Shown: positions 13,809-27,575 of the stretch, one piece after another
How the letters are laid out: each line of letters starts with the position of its first letter
Numbering within the stretch: position 1 is the stretch's first letter
Assembly: GCA_030390025.1 (NCBI GenBank)
Contig: CM059432.1
Location: 19,346,001 to 19,410,000, forward strand
DNA length: 64,000 nucleotides
Reading direction: 5' to 3'
From: Squalus acanthias
Lineage: Eukaryota
The notes under the pieces: generated by a model
Databases searched by the model: none
What the model was told of the DNA's origin: nothing
The model's input: only the letters and a program-made list of their open reading frames with translations
Position numbers and translations under genes: made by a program

Positions 13809-15720
13809 ATGACTTCTTCCAGAGGCAAGGCAGCTCCTCGTTTTAATGATGACTTCCTCCAAGTTCTTGTGGATGCTGTCAGAGGGCGCAGGAAGATTCT
13901 CTTCCCTCCTGATGGCCGGAAGAAGCCTCCTCAGCAGACCAAGGCAGCCTGGCTGCGCATTGCTGAGGAGGTCAGCACAAGGTCCATATATGCACGCTCA
14001 TGGATCCAGTGCCGAAAAAGGTTTAATGATCTTGTGCGAACATCAAAAGTGAGTATCCCATCTCACTTGCCTTCAATCTGCTTCCCTTCTCTTCTCATCA
14101 CCAGCACTCTACGTTCTAAGCCTCCTCCTTCACATCCCACCTTCCTCTTACTTCTCTTGCACCCTTACCTATCCATCTCTATCTCTGCACTGAATCACTT
14201 CAGCATCCTGCCTATGCACCCCTTAGACTTGCTCTCACTGTCATGCAATGACAACAACTAACAACGCACAGGGAGCTTCCTCTTGGCACCTTACCCCATC
14301 TTCGTCTCCCTCAAAGCTTCTATGGTAGGGATTATTGACCCTCACTCCATCACTGTGGCTGAAACACCGCTTGTTTCCCTCCTTGCTGGAAAAGATAGCC
14401 CACAATAAGAGGGAGAGAGCAATGACTGGAGGAGGAACACCTACCCTAGCCACATTGACCAGTGCTGAGGAAGCTGCATATCAGATTGTTGGTGGTGGCG
14501 AGGACCTGGATGTGGGCGATGGAGAGACGGGCACACTAGAGGAAGCTGGTGACATAATCACGTTTCATCCCTCTCAGAATGCAATGGCATATGATGTTCA
14601 TAGAGAATCGTGTTGTATCATCTGCTCAAAAGGATGTGTCAGCTACATCAATATCAGATGTCTAAATCATGCCTTTACCCTCACACAGGACAATCGAGCG
14701 CTCCCCTCCCCACTGTCCAGGATGAAGAGCCGGACAACTCCTCAGAGGAACCTGAAGTCTCTGAGAGAGCAGCATCATCAGGACTCAGCGCACCCAGCAC
14801 CAGCGCAGCAACGCACACCTCGGTGGGGCCCTCGCGAGTTAGCGTAGTTGCCACCTGGTCTATCACAGCGCACAAGTGAGCATCAGCAGATGGTGGAAAC
14901 AGCGACAGCAGTGGAGAGTCCTCTGTGGAGGTCGCAGGACTCTCTTAGCTCTGTTGAGCTGCATGCAGACGCTGTGCCTCTGGGGCCATCCAGAAAAAGA
15001 GCGTCTCGGGAAATATAGGAACAACTGCAAGTGTCTCTAGAAGGCTTTGCCTCCAGGGTTAGTGTGAGTGTGGAGAGAATGGAGGAGTCCATCTCTAACA
15101 TCAGCACTGCCGTGGTGGAGGCAATGGTGCATGACCGCACCACCATGGAATAGGATGGCAACCTCCGTGGAAAAGGATGGCTACCGCCATGGAGGAAATA
15201 CGTCACCAGAGTCAGAAAAACATGGTGACTGTTCAAAATAGAATGTCATCTCTGGAGGAGTGATGGGCAGCTATTGAGCAGAGAGACCAGAGCTTCATGG
15301 ATGTCCTTTTGCTGAGGACTGCCAGTGCAGATGTAGGTCCTCATGGTCCTCCTGAAGTGCAGCAAGGTGCTCTCCAGCCACTTGCTAGCACTGAGGTGCG
15401 GCTGACCCATGAGAGGGATGTTGTTGGCAGGACAGAAGGAAGTGTGGGCTCCTCTCAAAGCGCTCACACGACCATGCCACTGCGGAGCCCTCGGTCAGAG
15501 ACCCACTTTGCAGAGACAACTGAGATGGCCGTTTCAGCCCCTGCACAGCCGTAGGAAGAGCAGACTGTTGAAGAGCCCTCCCAAGCTCTCAAGCCCAGAG
15601 GATGTCCGCCAAAGGCGTCTAAGCAGGTGCAGCATCCTAGTCAGCAAGGTGCCTCTACATCTGCTGAAGCTACAGGGGAAGCACCACGTAGAAGTACATG
15701 TAAGAGAAAGATTAAGCACC
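13809..15720 (+). pseudogene. Spliced Harbinger Myb/SANT-like DNA-binding protein (disrupted)
   Basis: Exon 1 MTSSRGKAAPRFND...W..IAEEV...RSWIQCRKRFNDL followed by GTGAGT at 14049; exon 2 KIAHNKRERAMTGGG; later exon has stops. Confidence 0.8.
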
Positions 15721-16019
15721 TATCGTCACAAAGGGAGTCACTTGGGTGATTTATCTTTTTTTTCTGACTAGTTGTTGGTTTATTATCCTTTTGTGATGTG
15801 TAAAAGAAAAATTATGGCAAACAGTTGATTGTGTGGTCTATGTGTTCTGGGAAATGGTAAAAGCGCATTGAGGGCTCAGGGCGACTTGCTTTTGTAATGC
15901 TGATGGTAAAAGTGATAGGAAATAAGAGGGTATAGCAGAGATGATGTATGATGTTGGACAAGTGTTGCCTGCAATTACAGAGCCATATGGTAGCCACCTA
16001 TGGCTGAAGAGTAAGCTTA

Positions 16020-16460
16020 TGCTTATGTGGCATGGCAGTGTGCATACCCTGGTTGATGAGCAGCAGTGAACTGGAGGGATGCTACATTGGTCACAACAGG
16101 GCATGCAAGGCTCCCTTCGTCCTCCTCTTCCTCCTCTTCCCAGGAAGATCTGCGCTGAGCCATGTGGCTGCTACTCCTCCGATTATGAGGACCAGGGTGA
16201 GAGGGCATAAATTTTTCCCATCCCCTTGCTATAGATTTCATTTGAGGCAACAAGCTTGCAAGCGCACAGTCGAAGTGGGCTGAAATTATTCCATTCATGT
16301 CACACTGCAGATGGGTGTCAGCTTGAACAGTCACAAGGTCAGTAGATGTGCAAAATGTTATCCCATACCTACAACAGCAAAGTTGTTGCATTTGAATGTC
16401 AGCCATGTTTCAGGGGCACTTTTAAAGCGCTCCACCAATGCATACAAATCATGTCCTCCA
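16020..16460 (-). pseudogene. HARBI1-like transposase C-terminal remnant
   Basis: Cys-rich segment followed by acidic EEEEEEDE tail; homologous to 41100-41660. Confidence 0.55.
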
Positions 16461-17244
16461 ACAACTCGTCTCCTTGAACCTGCTCTGTTTCTGACAAGTC
16501 GGGAAACAGGAGCCAGAAGCACGAAAATGGGAAACCACTATGAAAATAGGATTAGCAAGGCAGTTAACAGGCTGTTAAATGTCTTAACTACCTGTCCCAC
16601 CGGTTCCAGACGGGTCAGTTTGGGAGCGGCTGAACAGACACTCACGAAAATCGGGTGGGGGCGGGATGGAGGCGGGTTGGGTGTCCGAAGCCATTTTTTC
16701 TGATTTTCGCTCTCAACCTGCCTCCAAACCCGCCTCCTCAGGGCTATTAAAATCGAGCCCTAGGACTCAGGGCTGGAGGGGCGGGAGATTGGGAAGAGGG
16801 AGATTGGGACTCGGAGGTTTGGGAGATTGGAACTTGGGGGGATAGGGGTCAAGTTAACTCCCAATATCAAGGCGATGGCGTAAAATGGGCACTATCGGAT
16901 CGACCGCCTGTTATACACCCTTCCCAATTTTCTTTTCCACTGCTAACCCCAAAGTGTGGAAGGTTTCCCGCCCCCCCCAAAAAAAAATGGAGGGGAATAA
17001 TAAACATCTATAGCTTTGCTTTATTTTGTTGTTTTCTCACAGGGTCACACACCAGAACTGAAAAGTGTGGCAGGTATTTTGCTGCCAATACCAACAAATG
17101 AGATTGCCAGTTTAGAAGCAGTTTTGTGCTGTGGGTCCATGCCCAATAGCACTGAATTAACAGTCCTTTCCTACAGGACCCTTTCAGCCAGAGTAGACTT
17201 GAATCTGGTCCCAGAGCTAAAGGAACATGTCTAACCCACTAATA

Positions 17245-17560
17245 TAAAATAAAAACAGAAAATGTTAGGTCTCAGCAGGTCAGGCAGCATCAGTGGAGAG
17301 AGAAACAGAGTTAAAGTTTCAGGTCGATGACTGGAACTGGAAAAAGTTGGAGATGGAACAGGTTTTTAAGCAAGTGTAGGGGCAGGGAAAGGGGGGAGGG
17401 GAGGAAAGAACAAAAGGGAAGGTCTGTGATAGGATGGAAGGCAGGAGTGATTAAGAGACAAAAGGGATGATGGTGCAAGGCAAAAGGAGATGGTAATGGG
17501 ACATCCTGTTCCTGTTTTTATTTCAGATTTCCAGCATCTGCAGTATTTTGCTTTTGTTTT
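17245..17560 (-). mobile_element. Penelope-derived short repeat (degenerate hammerhead)
   Basis: Homologous to 2118-2325 with the core deleted. Confidence 0.6.
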
Positions 17561-18769
17561 AATGTCTAGCCCACTGCACCATTCAGTTCGTCCCTTGATC
17601 AAAGGTTGGAGATCAATGAACTTCTTAAGAAACTGAATTAACGATACATTGACACCATAGGCTAAAACAAGGCAGTAGGAACAACAAGCTTTTACTCTGT
17701 GCAAGTCTTGCTAGTTAAAACTGACTGCAGTATTTTCCAATGCACATTTGCTGTCCAAATTAATCAGCAGCAAGTAAGAGCATTCAATTTCCATACATCA
17801 GTGTAACAAGCCTGAAGAACAATTAACTATTCAAGAATTGCTGTTAAACTTACAGAATTGCCAAGCCTGAAAATCTTGTAGCATGACTTTTTTCTCCCTC
17901 TCTAATGGACCATCATTATTAAACTAAAATTTAATGGAAAATTCATTTGTCCCTTACATAAAGTCTCTTTTTCTTCATCTGTGCAGTGACGCACTGTGCT
18001 TCAGAGGATAATCAGTAACTCAGGATTTATTTAAATTTTATAAGGTAGGCCTGAAACTAGACTGGATTTGATCTTAACATTAAATGTGATATAAAGGAAC
18101 AACAATTTAGGAAAATAGCCTGAGGTTCCTATGCAAATTTTACATAATTTCTTTGTTAGTTTAATGAAAACAAACATTTTACCAATACGCACTGAATCTA
18201 AGACTGGCGTTATTAACATATTATCATTGCCTTATTACAGCTGTTTGAAATGGGTAATCACTGTATTAAAATGCATGAAATTGGTGCTCCCTTGATGTCT
18301 GATCAAGATTATCCAGTGATTAGTGGACACATAAAGGCCAAGAAGGGTCCGAGTTCAATCCCTGATCTTCAGTAGGCCTAATGTAGGCACACTGTAGATG
18401 CACTATAGTAGGCTTTAGTGCCACTATGTTAGAGAGGGGCAAATTCTCCAACATTGCCACACTATCTAGCAGACCCCTACCCACTGGAAGTGCATTTATG
18501 TGGATGTAGGGTGAAGATGGGATCAGGCTTGGATGTGATACCCTCTGTGGTATAATAACCTACTGACACTCTCAAGACTCACACATGCTTAACGGCCATG
18601 CAATGAGGGACTGGGGCCTGTGTAGCCATACCCAACAGAAAGTCAATACCTTGAAGAGAAGTGCGAGGGGCAGAAAACTGGTGAAGAGAAGTGACAGGAA
18701 AAAATAGAAATAAATGGATGATTCTTCAATCCTGCACTCCCTTTGAAGAGCTGCACTCACAACGGGTGT

Positions 18770-20168
18770 GGGTCAGAAATTGTAATCCTGACTGTCAATG
18801 GGTAAAGTCATAATTGAGATAAATTTGATGGCGAGCACAGAGGAAGAAGTGTGTGTTGAGAGCATCGGCAGCTTGTCATGCAAAGTGTGTGGAGTATGGG
18901 ACAAGTGAGAAGACAGAAGGAGGATTAGGTATGAAGAAACCATGCTAAGCATATCCTTCAGCATTACCAATGGCCACGACTTCTGCTCTGTCCCTTCCCA
19001 TTATTGCCAGCACCGTCTCCTCAATGAGGGAAAGGGTATGTAGATGTGCTGGTCCTCCACAGGTGGCAGTCTTCTGCCCCGTGTTATGCATCATCTTCTC
19101 CTGCAAGAAAGTGGGAAACGTTCAGTGTGGGTCTTGCACGATGTTTCGGCAATGTGGCTGCCACAGTTTAATAGCTGCCTCTGTGTGTGTGTGTGTGTGT
19201 GTGTGTGATGTGAGTAATGGGTGTGAAGTTTGTAATAGTGCTGAATGTGTGAGGATGAGGTGAAGAGTATTAATTGAAGTGTGCTGTAGTGATTGTACAG
19301 GTTATTGGGGGGTGGGAGTGCTGTGAATTCAGCATGATTGTAGCAGATTGCAGGTTGTTGAGGGGGGAGTGCTGAGAATTCAGCAGTGATTGTAGCAGAT
19401 TACAGGTTGTTGAGGGGTGAGTGCTGTGAATTCAACAATGATTGTAGCAGATTGCAGGTTGCTGATGGGGGAGTACTGTGAATTCAACAATGATTGTAGC
19501 AGATTGCAGGTTGTTGAGGGGGGAGTACTGTGAATTCAGCGTGATCGTAGCAGATTGCAGGTTGTTGGGGGGGTGGGGGAAGTGCTGTGAATTCAGCAGT
19601 TAATGAGGCTATGAGTGGTGCAGCTGCTACGAGGTGCCATTTTAATATTTTCCTTACCTTGACAACTTTTGTCAGATCATTAAACTTCTTCTGGCACTGC
19701 ATCCATATCCTAGGAGCCATGCTCCCCGCATTCAGTTATTTGAAACCTCCTCCCACTGCCTGAGCATAACATGCCTGAAGGCTTCCTGCCCCTCCACCCG
19801 GGGAATGAGAATATCCTTCCTCCTCTCTACCTCCTGCCCCGAGGCCTCCAGTGCAGCATCTGAAACCCTTGGTGCCCGCTCTCCCTCTCACAGCTTCGGC
19901 CATTTCAGCTCCTAAACGAATTGTAATGGTTGGTGCAGCCACAATGCCCCTCCCCTTTAAGAGCTACTGGGTGCCTTTAAGTAGCATCGTGCACTCCCGC
20001 TATCAGACCCGCCTCCTCATTTGTGCAGCCAATGAACTGTTCAGGTAGCGCTTGCTGCACGTTGCCATTATTTTAATGAGCAAGCAGCACGGGGTTTTAC
20101 GAGCTGCCTGCATCGCTATCAATGGCCGTTAATCGTGCCTGTTGCCCTGCACTAATCAATTCCCCCCC
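18770..20168 (-). mobile_element. Degenerate Harbinger with Myb/SANT exon
   Basis: APRIWMQCQKKFNDLTKVVK followed by GTAAGG donor; end aattccccccc. Confidence 0.6.
19285..19600. repeat. ~51-52-bp minisatellite, about 6 copies
   Basis: agtgctgtgaattcagcatgattgtagcagattgcaggttgttgagggg units at 19317, 19368, 19420 and onward. Confidence 0.85.
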
Positions 20169-20930
20169 CACCCATCGAATTTCCTTAGGTTGTGAAGTCG
20201 GTGATGAAAGGTCATCAATTTAATGAGAGGTTTGGAGAACCCTCTTTCCCCAGCGATTTACTGAAGCATGGAACGCTTTGCCATAGGGGGTAAATATTTG
20301 AAGCGTAGGAAGATACTGGGGTGTGGGGAGTGAATGAGGCAGGGGGTTTTGTTTTGGATTACTCTCGTAAAGAGCTGACACACAATGGGTAGAATGTCCT
20401 CCTCCTAAACTTCTCAGGTTCTGAATCGGCTTAGCTTCTTATTGAGGCGTAGAAAGATAATTGAGCTAATTGGCCGCACTTGCGTGGGATGGTGACTCAG
20501 CACTGTGTTAGAATGGTAGAAACTCTACTGCAGTTCCTGATGGAGCGGATTCTTGGGCTGGGGGGACGGTGCGGGAGAAGTTGGCAGAGGATTCCCACTT
20601 TTGCAATGGTGGGGGGGTGTGGGTGGGGAGGAAGAGCATTGAAAGACTAATTCAATTCCGTTGCTCTCATGCACCTATTAAAAACTGATTACAGAGCAAC
20701 AATGGAAGATGCTCAGAAGTACGAGAGCTAAAGGAAGGGGAGAATCAAAATGGTGGGAAAATAATGTTAAATTAGTATTTTTATTAAAATAGACAGAAAT
20801 ACCTTTCTGATTCAACAAATCTCTTTATGGTATAGGCATGTTTATGTGCATAAGCTGTCAGCCTTGAAAAATAAAGAAAATATTTGCATTTATATAGCAT
20901 CCTTATCTGATCAGTTAATGAAAAGTCTCA

Positions 20931-21688
20931 ATGTTTTTTCCAACATAGCAAGTTACAGGAGCATTCCCAACATACGTTGTGCCTGATCCTGGGGTTTCTT
21001 TAATTCAATTACTCAAATATCAAAAAGAAAATCACAGCTTTATTCATGAAAATGACAACAGTTATTCACACAATGACGTTTCTCTGGGGTCGCCTCGATC
21101 TTCCGCCAAAGTTAGAGCGGGAAATCGGGGAACCCCCCGTGGATCTTTAACCCAGATGTCTTTCGAAAGGGGGTGGTATTTTGATTTGAATAATGTCAGC
21201 TGTGAAATAGTTCATCATATTTCTCCAGTGCCATAGAAAGATGTCAACATCAATGCATTTAGCGTGTTGCACCTTTTTCAAAAATGCTTTCGGTCACCTC
21301 CCCGAACCTGCCCCCTGCATTTAGAGGCACAGGAACAGAAGATCTTCTGATTTAAGGCAGACTGGGCACTTTTGGTAGCTTTGTCCATTGATTTCCAGAA
21401 AAACATGTTACATTTTAATTGAAGGTGACCTTATTTGTTTATCGGTTCAGTTGGACTGTTACTTCAATGTCATTTTCATATTCCCAGTTCAATATGAACT
21501 GCGCCGTGACTACTAAAGGAGAACCTGTTGCACAGGTAACAAGAACATGGTAATGACTATTGTCATTTTTCATGAATAAAGCTGTGATTTTCTTTTGATA
21601 GTTGAGTAACTGAATTCAAGAAACCTCAGGATCAGGCCCAACGTATGTTGGGAATGCTCCTGTAATTTGCTATGTTGGGAAAAAACAT
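20931..21688. mobile_element. Non-autonomous DNA element with ~135-bp TIRs
   Basis: 20931-21066 is the reverse complement of about 21552-21688; no clear TSD. Confidence 0.75.
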
Positions 21689-22399
21689 AGATAATGTACA
21701 GTAGGCTAGAATTCTTGTAAAACTCATTAATAATCTGATCTCAATTATGCCTGTATATAATTCTCAACTGCTCAAAGTTTAATTATATACCCAGTTCATT
21801 TAAATATGGACATGGTTCATAAAGCATCTGTTGTATAATTACATGTAAAGGAACAAAAGATCAACACTGTAAGACAAGAATTGTCAGCGATTACCTCTAT
21901 ATTAGATCTTGTATAATCATGTAGATATCTCCCTATGAGACTGACTGCCTATATATGCCCCAGATCTGCATAGACACACATTGCAAGTTAATTTTCCTGC
22001 TCCACCTAAATGTTCTGCATATCATTGTGCCTTCCAGAGATAAGTGAAAGATTTATTCAAACTATTTCTGATGTTGGGCAACACAATTAAAAGATTATGA
22101 AAACCAAGGAAGGCAATTCACTTTATTGGGTCCTAAATTTCCAAAGGATTATGTTCAAGTCAGGATCTGTTCTGGGGCTGCCAGTGTTCACATTATTATT
22201 CACAATCAATATGGTAGATGGTGCTTCCACATTGTAAAATTCGCTTTGGGGCCATGTGCCTCGGGCATGGGAGAATGATGGGGTTCAAAGGGATCTAGAC
22301 AAATTAAACACATCATAGAAATGGAATCATAGAAATGTCTATACAGAAAGAGGCCATTGAGCTTATCAAACCTGCACTGGTTTTAGCTCCATATCATCG

Positions 22400-22910
22400 C
22401 TAGAGGCACCCTTCCTTACCTCTTCTCCAATACATTGATGCCTTTCTTGCTGCTGCTTCCTGCTCTTGCTTTGATTTTGTGCATTCCATTAACTATGCTT
22501 CCAATTTCCACCCAACCATTACCTCTACCTGGTCAATCTCTGGCTCTTCCCTTCCTGGGCCTCTCTTTGTATGATGAGGGTTTTCCACAGACATCTACTA
22601 TAGGTTCAACGACTCACGCAAATGTTCAGAATATGCTTCTTCCTAGCCTCATTCCCTTCTCTCGGTTTCTCATCTCCATCAAATCTGCTCTGATGACTCT
22701 ATCTTCTGCACCAGAGCTTCTGAAATGTGCTCTGTTTTTCCTCAGCTGAGGATTCTCAGTGGTTAACAGACCCCTTAACTGGGACCATCCCATTTCCTGT
22801 ACTACTGCTCTCACAACCATGACAGGACACATGTGATACAACTGTGACTCACCCCACCAGCTTTCACGTTTGCTAGATCATCTTCTGCCATTGTCGCCAT
22901 CTATAACATA
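22400..22910 (+). mobile_element. Degenerate Penelope RT fragment
   Basis: caatacattgatg (YID), tccaatttccaccca (NFHP). Confidence 0.5.
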
Positions 22911-25900
22911 GCGTCCGGCGGTAAGTCAGGGAGCACTCCCAAAGATCACGGCCGGGGTGCAAGCGGGGCGCTGCACACGGCGATGACGTCATTGCCGGCG
23001 GCGCAGCGCCGCGGGGTGCTACCGGTTACCACCACCGCTAACCTCCCGCTGAACTTTGCGGGAGCCGTTGGTGGCACTGCACTCGGGCGCTAGTTGCTTT
23101 GCGGCCCGTTAGCGGGCGCTACGGGAGGCGCAAAGCAACCAAATTTTTCTCCCCATTGGCTATTCCATTCTCCCCACGGATGTTGACTGTTTCTAATATT
23201 CTACTGATTTGCTTCTCACTAAAATTTATCAGCATTCATCAACTGGAGTATTTGCAATTTGAGTTTACTTTTACGCAAAGTATAATACTGTTGTTTGCCT
23301 ATTAATGCCCTACTTAAATTGAATGGATCCATTTCTTAACAACTGGCTCAAACAAACCTTATGTTAATTTCTGCCTCTATAATACTTCAGTTGACTTTCA
23401 TATAATTTCTCTGTGTCTCGCTATTGGTTCCTCTCATACTTCTTGTGGTTTCAGTTTGTGCATGTCTCTCTGCTGGCATATTTTGCCTCTATTTTGTGGT
23501 TTCTCTGTATTTCTATGCAATTTATTTCGTAATTTCTTATGGTTTCTCTCCGTTTCTGTTTGCCTATTTCACGCGTCTTTGTGCTGTCCCCTCATTTCTC
23601 CCATGCTTTCTGACCTCAGAAATCTCTTGAGATTTTCCTTTAATTATTTGTCACAAAAGAACATCAGTTCTCTATCATTGGAGAAAAGCTCAAGAAACTA
23701 TAACGCGCTGGATATTTGAATGGTTCGGAAATTCACGCTTGATATATTTTTTTTGACCTGCTGCACTCAATTAGCATTTTTATTATGGGAAGCAGGCTAG
23801 GAAGAAACGTATTCTGAGCATTTATCAAGAACAAATGCAAAGAGGACATGCCAGGGCCAGTGCTTTGACAAACCAGACTCCTAGATGGCACAGTTTTAAA
23901 ATGTGATCTGCATAGTGTCAACTTGCTTCTCCCCGCAACCCCCTTTCCATGTACATACACACACAGATCACCAAGCCAGTGAGTCCTGTGTCATCTCGGA
24001 GTGATTCCAGCGTCCAGTGTTCACAGCAGGAATCTCAATGGATTGAATATTATAGCCTGCACACCTGTGATTTGCTGAGTTGCGCTCCCTGTGAGCAGTG
24101 TTCCCCACTGGAAGCGTTACATTGCAGATTCAGTCCCTACTGCGTCAACTCAGGATCAATAAAGGATCACATTTACTTTAATAAAAAGCGAATTATTGCA
24201 AGCTGTAAAACGGATTGTATATTTTTTTAAGTAAAATAACGCTATAATTACAATGCTTTCATACTTGCATAGGCTGTATTTGGTTTATTTTGTTTAAATG
24301 TAACTTCCGTATCTGGTTTTTTTCAGTCTACACATGAGTGATGCATTAACCCACCAAACCAACAAGGGGGCATTTTGGTACAAGAGAATTGAGAGCTCTG
24401 GGATAAAGAGTTCCGCTTGTCATGCTGACTGGATCACTCAGAGGTGACAAAGTCAACTGGGAGCAAATGGTCAGGTGCCACCCCCACTCTGAGTGGAAGT
24501 ATGTGACTGTTTTGTGATGCGACTATTTTTGATGCCGTTTTGCTACTGTGGTGCAAGATCCTTTCTGGGTTAGTTATTTCCAGTGACAGTATAAATGTGT
24601 TCTAAAACGACTTGTCTGTGTTTTTGTTAGAAATAACAATTAGAGAAAGCCGTGCCACTGTGTTTATCATGTTGTTAACATAAAGTCTTGCCTCCCCTCA
24701 TAGTGCCACGTTAATGTTTATTGAAGAGGGAGTTTTGTTTGAACTCATTTGCCACACATCTGCTGCTCCTGTTTGCATTATCTTGTTGGCGGAGTCCTCT
24801 GGAGAGCTAAAGGTAACTCTTGATTTCAATGGATAGAACATTTTCCGATATATGCTGGCTGCATGTGAGGCAGTGCTGGCAGGACAAAACCACATAAAAT
24901 TTACCCTCCAGCATGTGCTACTCACCATCTTGAACAATGGGCGTACTAGTGGGATATGGTAGTAGGTGCGCCAAGTGCAGTGTTATGGCTCTGCACCGCT
25001 CAAGAGGGAATCTTGAAAATATTGCATTGAAGATTCAAGGGGTATTTGTTCCAATTTTTTTTAATATCAGTATCTGGGGGACCTGATGGATGCCAACTTC
25101 AGCCTGGACACAGTCCACGCCCTGATGAAGGGTGAAGGGCACTTTCTTGTATTTCTTCAATGTCAGCAAAGTCCCAATACAGGTTAAGTTCGAGGTGTTT
25201 AAGACAGATATGCAAACAGTTCTCCTTCATAGTACAGAGCTCCTAAACATAGAATGGAAGGATTGGCCCGTGGGTGAGATCCAGGACAAAGCTGTAAGGT
25301 GGATTTGTGGAAGAAAAGGGGAATTGGTTTCACCAGTCCACACCATCTGCCATTGAGTTTTGAGGTGCCTGAAGGGAGAGTCTGCCTCCTGACGAGCAGG
25401 CTGAAAGATGATAAGGAAACTTTGCAACTAGGAGCAACAGCTGTTGGGAGGCATTACCTGGAGGCTGGATAGAAGAACATATGCTCATATATTCATATAT
25501 CTAGGCCTTAGTGCCTATCATGATTGGATTGTAGAGAGACAATCAACTGCTGCTGAATCTGCGACTTCAACTGGTGGAAACTGCATTCAATGGGATGTGG
25601 CGTGTGTACATGTTGTAGTCAGGAGGATGATTGCAATCTACTCGTACACTTCATGGTATCATCATAGCACTTGTGAGGAGCTCCTGATATCTGCTGTCCA
25701 TCAAGTGAGAACTCAAACCCAGACTTTTCAGTTGCCTAATGACTATTGTCCTTAGGTGGGAGGTAGACTGGGCCTCATTGGAATCATGGCACCAAGATGA
25801 TATGTCTTTCAATAGAAGTTTAGAACTAAATTAACCCTGTGTGATATACTTCGTAAGCCAATACTTGAGCCAGACAGGTCCACAATACTCCTTAGCACTA

Positions 25901-26225
25901 TTGATGATCACCCAGCCATTCATGGAATCTGGAGAAGCATATTTGTCACTGACAGATGGGAATCTTCTTGCTTGGCCCCAGGCTATCTCAAGGGCCAAAA
26001 TCCTAATGGTTAGGGTAATAGTCATACTAGTAGGGCAAACTATCCAGGATGCGTAACAGTGATCAATTTTGGTAATATGGTTTTGGTTGCTTAAACACCA
26101 GTACTATTCCTTTGCAAAGTTGAAGTAGTGACTCCCAACCTTCACCTCAACTCAGGTAAGTGCTATGTCTCCTTTCAGGCAGATAGTATGCAGTCTATAT
26201 TGGCCAAGCAAAAACACTATAGTTG

Positions 26226-26535
26226 GGTAACACGGTGGCATAGTGGTTAGCACTGTTGCCTCACAGCGCCAGGGTCCCGGGTTCGAATCCGACCTTGGGT
26301 GACTGTCTGTGTGGAGTTTGCACATTCTCCCCGTGTCTGCGTGGGTTTTCTCCGGGTGCTCCGGTTTCCTCCCACAGTCCAAAGATGTGCGGGTTAGGTT
26401 GATTTGGCTATGATAAATTGACCCTTAGTGTTAGGGGGGATTAAATACGTGGGGTTACGGGGATAGGGTGGGATATGTGTCAGTGCAGGCTCGATGGGCC
26501 GAAATGGCCTCTATCTGCACTGTGGGGATTCTGTG
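26226..26535 (+). mobile_element. HE1-like V-SINE (tRNA-derived)
   Basis: Pol III A box (tggcatagtggttag) and B box (ggttcgaatcc), V-domain (ggtgctccggtttcctcccacagtccaaagatgtg), CR1-like tail. Confidence 0.9.
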
Positions 26536-27575
26536 GGTGCAGGTCTCCATGTAGCTTGAATTGGAGATTTTTGGGTTTACTCATGCTAGATTTGTTGCTG
26601 ACCTCCCAAAAAAGTTATCTCTGGTTGGGGAGGGGAAAGATGGCCTGGTATTGTTTCTGCCTTTATAATGTATGCTCCAGCAATAATGTTGGCTGATAGC
26701 CTTGGTGTGGAGTGAAGGAAGGCAGAGCTGTGCCTCATGTTCACTGAAACACATGTTTCTTTTCAACACTCAGACTCCATGCTCAATCTTCAAATAAAGT
26801 CCATACCTGCACAGGGATGCTGAAAACGGACACTGAAAATTTGAAAAATATTCCAATATTATTGAACTTTGTAAAGCATAAAATTCAGCAGAAACCATGT
26901 CTGTAGGTCTGAAATACTCTATGGCCTTTTAAGTTAAATAACATAAATATGAGAGTGGAAATTCTACAATAAAAATAACATAATTTCAGTCTAATTCCAG
27001 TGGGGGAGGGTGCAGGGGGGGGGGGCGGGGGCAGGGTGGGGCGGAGAAGGAATGAATTTTGGGGCAAAATTTGATCATCTGCATTTAACCCCAGTAAAAA
27101 CCCAAGAAAATAGCATCATGGTATGCTGGGTGCGTAATTTCCTATCATCATTACATTGTGAAAACATTCGGGGTGGAAGGGGGGGCATGTCTGGAGAGTG
27201 TTCCTAGGCTACCTTGGGAATTCTGCTGAAAGTGCATTTGATAATCCCAGCAGAAGGTACATCTACTGAGAACAAGCATAAGTCCTAAGAAGGACTAAGA
27301 CTGTAGGAAAAAAAAATAATAATGGGATGATACATTACCGTAGAAGAGCAGCCCTGATGTTCAGGGGTGAAATATTAAAATATTGCTGTAGACCTTTATC
27401 TTCAGTCCTATCCAAGCCTCTAAAATGCCTTTTAGAGCAGCAAGGTGCCATTTTGAGATCAGCTGCCTCCATGGGTTGGCCTGCCACCCGCACAATTACC
27501 CATCCCGATTATTTAAATTACCTGGCACGGACTCGATGGGCCGAATGACCTCCTACTGTGCTGTAATGATTCTAT

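Larger units (their letters stand above)
12821..16760. mobile_element. PIF/Harbinger DNA transposon (defective): Myb/SANT gene on +, transposase remnant on -
   Basis: TIRs GGGCTCAATTTTAAT / ATTAAAATCGAGCCC, TAG TSD (12818-20, 16761-63), convergent two-gene layout. Confidence 0.85.

Noticed and set aside
13689..14261. Domesticated host MSANTD/NAIF1-like gene
   Set aside because: It lies within TIRs and a TSD, the exon 2 acceptor appears mutated and downstream stops are present, so it is transposon cargo.
19285..19600. CRISPR-like array
   Set aside because: Head-to-tail units without unique spacers, in a eukaryotic transposon intron; it is a minisatellite.
23099..26056. Short ORFs in the unique-looking region
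   Set aside because: No motifs and no coherent exon chain.
26226..26300. tRNA gene
   Set aside because: The tRNA-like head continues into the V-SINE body and LINE tail.
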